NCBI GenBank assembly: GCA_965213685.1
Contig: CBDBZY010000007.1
Coordinates: forward strand, 160,001-224,000
DNA length: 64,000 bases
Source: a bacterium
GTDB taxonomy: Bacteria > UBA8248
Direction of reading: 5' to 3'
The notes under the pieces were generated by a model. The model was given only the letters and a program-made list of their open reading frames with translations. It ran no database searches and was not told the origin of the DNA. Positions 1-18,944 of the stretch are shown here, in pieces (position 1 is the first letter of the stretch; the number at the start of each line of letters is the position of its first letter). The position numbers were made by a program, and so were the translations under genes.

Positions 1-3000
1 GGAGGGCCAGGGAGAACACACGCTGAAGGTAAGTGTTCAGGTTGCATTAAGGGCAGTAGGTCTACCATGAGTGTGATGCGTGAATAAATCAAGAACCATA
101 ACTCCCTAGGTCATGAACTGCCCTCAAGCCTAGATATTAACTAAAACAGTCACCCAAGATATGGTGATACTGTTTTTCACCTTCTGCAAGTGAACATGTG
201 AAATGGAAAGAAAAGTATGAGAAGATGCCATAAGACGTATTTCAGCAAATACCAGGCCTCATCAGCTATGCTGGGGTGACTGGGAGCATACCATAGGCTC
301 TAGTTTCACTGCATGTGTTGTTCAGTGTCTGGTTGAGATTGCTTCATCTTTGGCAGGTTCATGAGGCAGACGCTCCTTTGGATCTGCTGCAGGGAAAGAA
401 GGTCAGTCAATGTGCCCATGGGAGGAGGGTGGTAGGGGTAGGGAGAGGGTGCAGTGGACAGAGTGAGTGCTGAGGGGCTGTGTTGAGTTGTGTGTGCCAG
501 AGGTGTGGTTTGTTTTGCAGAAATCGGAGGTTGACTTCACGTCTGTGTGCTATGGCCAGCACTCCCGGCTCTTCGTTGGCTCCTCAACAGGTATATGTGT
601 ATGTGTGGAGGAGGGAAGGGAGGAGGAGGAGGAGGAGGAGGAGGAGGAGGAGGAGGAGGAGGAGGAGGAGGAGGAGGAGGGAGAGGAGGAGGAGGAAGGA
701 GGGAGATAGTGGGTTACATTATGCAACAGCCCACTGTTAGTCCTGTGTCATTGATAATATAGGGTATGTATAGGATTGTACTTGCCTACTAATGTATTAT
801 ATTGTGGATGGCTCTCTATGTACACTATCCATGCTTCCTATCCCCCAGGAGTGCTCTCCATGTGGGATACCTCTAAGAACAAGTGCATCATGTTCTGGAG
901 GACAGGTCCAGATGAGATCGGTGGGTAATGCATTGCACACTATTATAGTAATATACTGAGAAAGCACATATATGCTAATGTAAGTACATGTACATCAGGG
1001 GCATCTGATGTGTCGTACGTGTTTCCTCTTCAGTCAAGGAGTGTTCACTGTGGTCCTTCCCTCCTCTCCCCTGCAGGTGCCCTCCACTACAGCAGTGGGA
1101 GACTAGTGGTGGGGGCTGTCTCCGGCCAGCTGCAGCTGTGGGGCGTGGCCACCGAGGGCTGCCCTCCTCCTGTCAGCCAGGAGGCAGTGCTGGAGCTGGA
1201 CGGCTCCATCTTCTCCCTGGCCTTTGACCAGCAGATGAAGCTGGTACGTATATTGCTATAACTAAGCTTAGCTATCATGCGAAGGGGGCGGGGTGTTATT
1301 TTTTTTTCAGAAGGGATTTTCCTGTGCAAATAAATGTACATGTAGTTGGCTGAAACTTGGTCCATGGCAGAATGGGTAATTCACCACCTAGTGCTTGTTG
1401 AGGATTACCTCAATGCTATAGTTACTGCATCTCCAGGCAGCGGTAGTGTGCCAGTGAAGCACGCAGGCTTTCATAATGGTGAGTACGCTCCTTCCTTTCC
1501 CATTGGGAGAAGTCTGTGACCTGCATTCCACGTGTTATAGTTTAAAGGTCTCGAGTGTTAACCTTTGAACTGTAACACAAGGAAGCGATGGCCGAGTTGG
1601 GGAGACTTCGTCGTTTTCAGCTCTCCGGCGTGACGGAGACTGGCGTGGAGATCGGGCGAGGCTCGTACGCGGTGGTGGTGGAGCTGCGCTTTCGGGGGCT
1701 CAAGTGCGCGGGGAAGAAGCTGCACAGACAGCTGTACCACGAGTCGTCCAGGGCGGAGCGGGACAGCGTTCTGCGGCGGTTCGAGGAGGAGTGCGAGCTG
1801 CTGAGCTCACTCCGGCATCCCAACGTGGTCCAGTTCCTCGGCGTGTACGCGAGCGGCGCCGCCTCGGAGCCCCTGCCCGTGCTGGTGATGGAGTTCCTGC
1901 AGAGCACGCTGAGCGGCTGCCTGGAGCGGCGCGGGCGGCTCCCGGACGAGGTCAGCTACGGCGTGCTGGCGGACGTGGCCACGGGTCTGTGCTACCTCCA
2001 CGGCAGCTCTCCCGCCATAATCCACAGAGACCTGAGCGCCAACAACGTCCTCCTGAGCGGAGACATGCGCGCTAAAATCTCGGACCTTGGAGTGTCCCGA
2101 ATCTTGGGCCTAACTCCAGCCCAGATGACCCAAATGACGACCTGCCCCGGGACACCGTCCTACATGCCACCCGAGGCTCTCGGACATAAACCGAAGTATG
2201 ACACATCTATAGACTGCTTCTCCTGTGGGATGATGATGCTGCATGTGCTGACCGGGCAGTGGCCCATCCCGTGTGAGCCCAACCGTGTTGACCCAGACAA
2301 CCCAGACAAGCTCATTGCTCTTTCTGAGGCGCAGCGGAGGCAGGAATATCTAGAGAAGCTTGCAGAGGGTCACCCGCTGAAAGAGCTCATTGTCAAGTGC
2401 CTCAGCAACAGTCCCAGCCGGCGTCCTGATGCTGAGATGATTTTGAAACACGTTCAGCCACTAGCTGAGAAGTTAGCTGCCACTACCCCTAGCAAGTTTG
2501 CCCTGCTCAAAGAAGAGCAGACTGTGGTGAAGGAGAAGGAAGGTTTCTCAAAGGAGCTAAGACAGAAGTCAGCGGAAGTGGAGGGAGATGTAGTACTGCG
2601 TGAGATTGCTACTGAGAGTGCTCAACTTCAGATAAAGGAGCTCAGCACAGAATGTTCTGGCCTAAGGGCCCAGCTGAAGGCAAAGCAAGAGGAGATTGTG
2701 GTGAAGGAGCGTGAGTTCAGTGCCCAAGCGAAGGCTCAGCAGCAGAACATTAATGCCAAGGAACAGGTCTTTGGGTCGACACTGTCTCAGAGAGAAGCAG
2801 AACTGGTGGCCAGTCGTCAGGAAATGAGGTCATTGGAATCCATAAAGGAGCAGGAAGTGTCCTCTTTGAAAGAGGAGGTGGCTGCCTTGCATGCAAATCT
2901 AGATGCCAAAGAAGCAGTCATTGGTGGCTTGAAGGAGCAGATACAGAAGTATCTGTCCCACTCAAAGCAGGTATGTTCCATACAGCAGTGTATTCTGGAA

Positions 3001-5711
3001 ACAGTTGATTAGTTATTCACTTGTTTTATTGCAGGTACCAGTTCGACTTGACTTTGAGCAATGCAAGCAGCATGCTCCCTCTCCTCTCTATGCCTCTCCT
3101 GTCGTTATGTTTGAAGACCACGTCTTCATCAGCCACCCCTACATTGACGGCAGTGGAAAGCATGCCATTCTGTCGTACTCCATTGCAGATGATTCTTGGG
3201 ACACTCTACCCTGCCTCCCTGTGGATTTGGCATCTTTTGGCCTCGGCTGCTGTGGTGGTAGAGTGGTCACGGCTGGGGGCGTGGCTAACCTCTCGGTGGT
3301 CAGCGATGTGTATGTGTTCCACAAGGAGAGTCAGAGATGGAAGAAGTCGATTCCTCCTCTCCCAATGAAGCTCTGCCACTCAACTCTCATTGGACATGGA
3401 TCAGCACTGGCCGTGGTTGGAGGGCTGGACCCCTCAATGTATGCAGTGTCCAGCGTGTACGTGTACCTTGGTGGCAAGCAAGAGTGGTATTCGGTGGCAC
3501 CTCTTCCAATCGCCCTCAGTGGCCTTAGCCCAGTTGTGGTAGGAGACACGTGCTACTTGACTGGAGGGTTCTCCAAGGTATATGATCCCAGCAAGACGCT
3601 CCTTTCTGCCTCCCTGTCAAGACTGTTTGCCCCGAGGCAGAAGTCTGGCTACATGTGGAAGACCCTCCCAGATGTCCCCTACCTCCGCTCCTCCCCAGCC
3701 CTTCTTGGAGGGGCTCTGATTGTCGTCGGTGGCTACACGAAGCAAGGAGACTCTCTGTCAATTGTTGGTCTTGTTCATGTCTACTCCCCACAGTTGCAGA
3801 AGTGGATTGAGATTGGTAACCTTCCGGCCCCCAGACAACGTCCAATTTGCGTTACATTACCCACTGGTGAAGTGCTGGTTATTGGAGGGAAGGGGTCAGA
3901 ATCATCCACTGCAGACACAATGTGGAAGATCTCCTTAGCATTTTGAGCCCATCTTTTTATTTTTTGTAACCAAATATCTTTGTAGTTATGGAATCTACAT
4001 AATGCTATTAGTGTGTGAGTGTGATACCTGTGGATTTGTGTGCATTAAGATTTTTGAACAGCCATCAATAATTTGTCTTATGATAATTTTAATTTTTGTT
4101 ACTCAATGTGGAGCGCCACCACATGTAGCTTTTACACTCTTCCTATACCCATGCACCCATGCTATAGGGCGTGGCTGGTACGACTGGCGGTACTGTGTGG
4201 TACATTAACTGGCCAGAGAGGAGCAAGGTGAGGCTGGTCAGTGGCCACTCGGCTGAGGTGACTGGGGCAGCCTATAGTCCAGATGGCCTCCACCTGGCCA
4301 CTGGCTGTCAGGATGGTTCTCTCACTGTGTGGTCTGCGACCACTTTAGAACAGTACGTAGTCTTCCAAGCTCCAAAGAAGGTTTGCCTTTGGTTCTCTCT
4401 ACTTCCTCATACATAGTTCACCTCTTGTCTCTTTCCCTTACAGGCATGTACATGTGTTTCATTTGCTCCTGCAAAGGCAGCTAATAATGAGGAGGGACAT
4501 CCCCCTGAGGCTCAGTCCTCCCTCCTAGCAGCTGGCTACAGTGATGGTAGTCTCAGAGTGTTTAATGTTGCCAGGACTCAGGTCGAGAGGAAGATGCAGC
4601 CCCATGCTTCCCCCGTGACAAAGGTGGCTTTCTCCATGGATGGTATGGCCTGTGTGTGTATGTGCAAGTGTGCAGCTGTGGAGGGTCATCCCTTCTCTTA
4701 CACTCTTCTTCCTCTTCTCTTCTCACTGTGCCCCTATATCCTCCCATTTCCCGTGTTCCCACTCTTCCCTCCCTCCCTCCCAGGGTCTGCCCTCTTCTCT
4801 GGCTGTGCTGAGGGGGTGGTGGTTGTCAGCAGTGTCAGCTGTGGGCTGGTTATGAAGGTCATCGCTGACCACCAGGGGGCACCAATTACTGACCTCTGTG
4901 TGGCCTGCAAACCCTTGCAGGTATTCCAACAGGAGGGATTGACATTCTTTTCTCTCTTTGAGTCTCCTATCTTTCTCTTCCCCAGTTGTCTTCACTGCAT
5001 GTGGAGAGGGTGTGGCTGTGGTTGGTTGCCAGTGGTGACAGGAGAGTGAGTCTGTGGAGCACTGACTGGGCACAGGATGTATGTCATTTGGTGGACTGGC
5101 TCACCTTTCCAGGGCCTTCTGTTGCTCCCGATGGCACCAGACTGAGGAAAGGACACAAAGTCAGCCAGCAAGATCTCTGTATTCACATCCTCTTATATAC
5201 CCCCCTCCTCCCTCTCTCTGTCTCTTCCCCCTTCAGTGCCAGTATGACCTGCTGCCTCCAAGCCTAGCTCATTTCAGCCCATCTGATCCAGACATAGTAG
5301 TCTACACTGGCTATGGGCTAGAGAAGTGTGTCCAGTTCTACAGCATCTCACAGAAGACAGTGTTGAGAACCTCTGCCCTCACTCACTGGGCCAGCTCTAT
5401 GGACATCTCCCCTCAGGGTCACCTGATAGCCTTTGGCTGTGCAGGTACAGTTATCTAGCTAGTGCAAATATACTTGTCCTTGTTCTGAGTTAACAACACT
5501 TTGATGAATACTTGTGCCTTTTTGCTCACTTTGTCTTATGTTTCTCTTTCCTCCAGAGCGAATACTGACGCTGATGGACTATGAGGAGGGTTCATTTCAA
5601 GACTTCCCTGGACACCAAGACTCTGTTAGCACTGTACTGTTTTCACCCTCTGGGAAATCCCTGCTCTCTGTCAGTGACTGCATTGTTCATGTCTGGAATG
5701 TGCTACATTAA
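1..5711 (+). CDS. WDR90: WD40-repeat protein WDR90/POC16-like, 3' portion (multi-exon, begins upstream of the window)
   Basis: GT-AG exons at ~1-28, 357-401, 521-590, 849-920, 1077-1243, 4168-4380, 4444-4642, 4784-4920, 4986-5159, 5237-5444 and 5557-5711 join into WD40 repeats (GVAGTTGGTVWYINW, GHSAEVTGAAYSPDGLHLATGCQDGSLTVW, LMDYEEGSFQDFPGHQDSVSTVLFSPSG). These resemble the WDR90 C-terminus. Stop TAA at 5709-5711. Confidence 0.75.
79..283 (-). mobile_element. Short dispersed element carrying a hammerhead-ribozyme-like motif (Penelope-LTR/retrozyme-like), copy 1
   Basis: The reverse complement reads ccagtcaccccagcatagCTGATGAggcctggtatttgctGAAAtacGTCttatg...ttgggtgactg...cctagggagttatggttcttgatttattcacg. 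It is homologous to 38307-38428 on the + strand. Confidence 0.65.
228..283 (-). ncRNA. Minimal type I hammerhead ribozyme-like motif
   Basis: CUGAUGA core, stem II GGC/GCU, GAAA, very short stem III, GUC triplet, and stem I cauag/uuaug. Confidence 0.55.
1588..3946 (+). CDS. TKL-like protein kinase + coiled coil + Kelch-repeat protein (~764 aa, 2 coding exons), nested in a WDR90 intron
   Basis: Exon 1588-2970 has GRGSYAVV, CAGKKLH, HRDLSANNVLL, DLG and GTPSYMPPE, then a long coiled coil. A phase-0 GT-AG intron at 2971-3034 joins in frame to exon 3035-3946, which has Kelch GG...Y...W repeats. Confidence 0.9.
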
Positions 5712-6037
5712 TTAATTATTATGAGGTTGGCAGAACTGTGGTGTGAGCCAATACTTAGAGGTTTCAACCCTGGTATATGTGTGTGGGATGCTTGCATATT
5801 ATGAATGGAGTTTTTAGAGTTGATCTGATGCTGAGAGAAAGCTCAAAGGAGGATTCCATTGAAGAGCTGGAAAAGTGGTCTTCTGAAGAAAGCAAAGAAT
5901 GGCAGAAGATGCTCAAGAAGATAATCTGGGAGTTTCTGGAACAGTGATGGCTGCTGATTTGGAAAGAGGGATAAGATGCCCAGCACTTTGTCTTTCTAAT
6001 GAGTTTCAGGAGTAGTGATGGATAGTGAGGGTACACA

Positions 6038-6291
6038 GAGTACACAGGAAACTGGTATTTGTGTGTGTCCAGCTGCCAGGCTAGGCTGGGAATGGTTCTC
6101 CATTACTTGCTTGATAGCCTGTGGTTATGCTAAGAAAGCTTCCCAACCCTGACAGATGGTGCTTCAGGGCTGTTATTGTGTTGAGTACACAGGAAACTGT
6201 TATCTGTATCTGTACATGTCTAGCTGCCAGCTGGGAATTACCAATTACTTGATAGCCATGGTCATGCTAAGAAAGCTTCCCAGCCCCTGAC
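6038..6291. repeat. Imperfect direct repeat, 2 units of ~110 bp
   Basis: gagtacacaggaaactg...cagctgccag...tgctaagaaagcttccca.cccctgac occurs at ~6038-6153 and ~6183-6291. Confidence 0.75.
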
Positions 6292-6494
6292 TGCCTGGGA
6301 CTCTCTCTTGACCCTCCACCCTAGTATTCTTTATCACACACACTATCAAAGGTCAGTGGCACACTCAAGGGCTAGGCATACCTCAAGGTTCTCTCCCAAC
6401 ACACCCTCCATACCATCCTCTCCCCTCCTTTAATCCAGTGACTTTATCTCCACCAGTATTCCTTCTGACCCTGACTGTCTCTTCCTCCAAAAAT

Positions 6495-6950
6495 GTACAT
6501 GTGCTGAGGGGGTGGTGGTATCTGTGGGCTGATTATGATTCATTGATCACCAAAGGGTATCAATTACTGACCTATGTGTGGACAGAAGACCTCTCTCCTC
6601 CTCTCTCTCTTAGTCTACAACCTGCTCCCTCCTCATTCAGCCCATCTGATTCACACATAGTTGTCTACAATGGCTATAGGCTAGAGAAGTGTATCCAGGT
6701 GTATATACAGGATCTCTCAGAAGGCGGTGCTGAGAACATCTGCCCTCACTTACAGGCCAGTTCTATAGATATCTCCCCGCAGATACACCATACAGCTAGT
6801 GCAGATGCACTTGGTAACCATTCTGAATTTTAAGTCCTTTGATGAATATATAGTAGTCTGCTGTTTTCACCCTCTGGGTCTGTCAGTGACCATGTGTGGA
6901 ATGTATGTACTGAAGACTGGCTGGGATGTTATCACCCTAGCACATGTGTT
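6495..6950 (+). pseudogene. Decayed partial tandem duplicate of the WDR90 3' end
   Basis: Collinear, deleted copies of ~4805-4903, ~5200-5510 (including intron sequence such as gctagtgca...ctttgatgaata) and ~5640-5700. Example: ttcagcccatctgat...ggctagagaagtgt.tccag. Confidence 0.8.
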
Positions 6951-7827
6951 ATAAGAATGCTGAGCATTGTGGGTGAGCGAGAGTGAGCCAGCTACAATAG
7001 TCAGATACTTACCTGGAATGATAGTTTGATATGGTGCAATTTATGCACTAGATATATATACACAGATAGCAAAGCAGCCAAAGTATAATGTTATATCACT
7101 AGCTGTAATGTACAACCCCTAAGACTGGCCTCTATAGGTGGCTGCATGTCCATGCTTATATGGAGAATTGTGTGTACAGCCTGCTAAGCTATAAAGTGAT
7201 GTGTGCATGAATGCACCCTGCATGTATCCCACCAGCCAAGTCACTTTCTCAGCCTGTAGGGATCAAGGTGTTGTATAATCAGATGTGAACCTCAAGTGTC
7301 ATGAAAGATGGAAAGTATTTTTAAAGGAGACTGGAAGAGACAGAATTTGCTGACCTATGCCTCTATTTACTGCTACTCTCAGGAATCTCCCCTTCCCCCT
7401 GACGTGACAGCCCCTGAGACAACGTGTGTGCTCAAGATGTTGTATTACATATGCTGTGTGCATGTTGCCTCTTGTTCCGCTGTCGTATTTCTTATGTAGA
7501 TGATTGATAGTGTATACATGTCCATGCCCCTTGGAAGGGTGTTAACGAAGAACTTTACAGTTGAATTGACTTTGACAGAGAGAGAGAGAGAGAAATTTCA
7601 GCAGTTTGTCATTTTCTAGAAAGAAACGGAAATGGTAGAAGCCACTCATGAAGTCTCATAAGTTTCAAAAACAGTGGTGGCTGCTGAGAAATAATTCTAT
7701 CACTGAACATGTACCTAAACCATAGATCAAGGATCTACCGTATAGCATAAAATAGTAGGTAAATTCTCTATAGTAGGTAAAATTCTCTAATCGTACAAAG
7801 CGCCTATCATCGTTCCCGAAGGTACAT

Positions 7828-7903
7828 TCGGCGCGCGCCTGGCCGGAAGGTCACGTGCTATTTCCCTGCACTTAACTAGCACTAGTACTAGTGCTATAGC
7901 ACT
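7828..7903 (+). promoter_or_regulatory. CpG-rich UQCRC2 promoter region with ETS-like CCGGAA, E-box TCACGTG and a 20-bp palindrome
   Basis: ggccggaaggtcacgtg at ~7841-7857 and tagcactagtactagtgcta at 7877-7896, about 60-110 bp upstream of the ATG. Confidence 0.4.
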
Positions 7904-7951
7904 GTACATGATAAGCTAGCGTAGTGCAGGACTTCGGTGGGTGAAGTGACA

Positions 7952-12119
<4,168 letters not shown>

Positions 12120-12294
12120 ACTGTCTCACTGCCAAACTTATGCACTCTAGTCCAGCCATAGGTTGTATTTATCTATTGTACATAACAGAAATGTATGTAG
12201 AAAAGTGTGACGTAACATGTTCTCGGGTGTCGGAATAAATGACCTTTGACCTGACGTTAGGTGCGTGTTAATTAGAATTAACATACCGTCTCTC

Positions 12295-17835
<5,541 letters not shown>

Positions 17836-18944
17836 GAACTGGTGCACAGTTCATACAGATAATTGTATAAGTATAGACCAATTGTAGAGGTAGCTCATTA
17901 CAATGTATGTGTGATGTTAGTGGTTTGTGTTAATTTTTGTACACTATTCAGAGTTTTGTGTTGTGTTTTTTAAAGTTTCCCAGACTGTTGGGCTCAATGA
18001 GGAGGCCCCTATTAGTTAGTGCAGTGATACATTCAGTCATTCTCGTCTGTTGTGACATGCATCTCACTCGTGATTGCTGTCTCTTACATGATTGCAATGG
18101 AGGGCAAAATGTCATCTTTATAAGCATGTTTCACTTTCAACAGATATTTCACTCTACAATGTTATTCTGCAGGATTTATTCATTGTTGATAGCTATCACT
18201 GGAATGTAGTGGGATGAGGTTCAGGTGATTGCCCTGCCTGTGGGAAATTTCCTAATAAGGTCCTATTGTCTATTTGACTTCACCTGAGCCCTCGAAAAAT
18301 TGTTATAACTTGTCTACTTTACATCCCATTTAAAAAACGCTAACACCATTGGAATCCTCACACCTTTCCCGCTCTGGTGATATCCTTCACTAAACATGAA
18401 AGCTTACCAGTGAAATTTTAGCTGTATGTCCCATAAAGAAAGTATGTAGATACCACTGACCACAAGGAATTTAGTCCGCGTGACCTAACGGAGTGCGCGC
18501 GCCCCTCACGCGGCACTCGCGTTCTCGTTTCCAGAGGAAAAGCTCCAAGAAACGCAGGCTATGAAGATCAGGAAGGATTTTGGTGTGTACTAACCTCCTG
18601 CAAAGGCAGCGCAAGGGTAGAAAGCAGATCTACCCGAAGTCTCGCGCGTATACACAGCTCAGACCACGCCCAGATGCCCGCGCATTCCGTTACCCGCAAA
18701 TATGAGGGAAGTTGTAATAACGACGCACACTTGCGTAAGCGAGTAAACCACAGCTACTTCCGGGGCTCAGGTGAACGCGAATAGACAATAGTTCTGATAC
18801 TATGAATAACCTGTAGCATACAGATAGCTAGAGCTGCTGTAGTTCATCTGGAAGAGAGCTTCCTTTGGCCCTTGTGACTTGCTTGCTTGAGTCTCTTCAG
18901 TTCACTTGCACCAGTAATTGCTGCCACTAAATCTTCCAAGAGCA

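Noticed and set aside
467-762. Poly-E, poly-R and poly-G ORFs
   Set aside because: They are translations of an intronic (GAG)n tract. Only 521-590 is a WDR90 exon.
1617-2075. Overlapping and antisense ORFs in the kinase exon
   Set aside because: Shadow ORFs of a GC-rich coding region with no domain signal.
5801-5947. Short coding-looking ORF (MNGVFRVDLMLRESSKEDSIEELEKW...)
   Set aside because: Only 48 codons, with no recognisable family or splice context.
7005-7016. ATACTTACCTGG, identical to the U1 snRNA 5' end
   Set aside because: The downstream sequence does not continue as U1. It is just the reverse complement of a consensus donor site.
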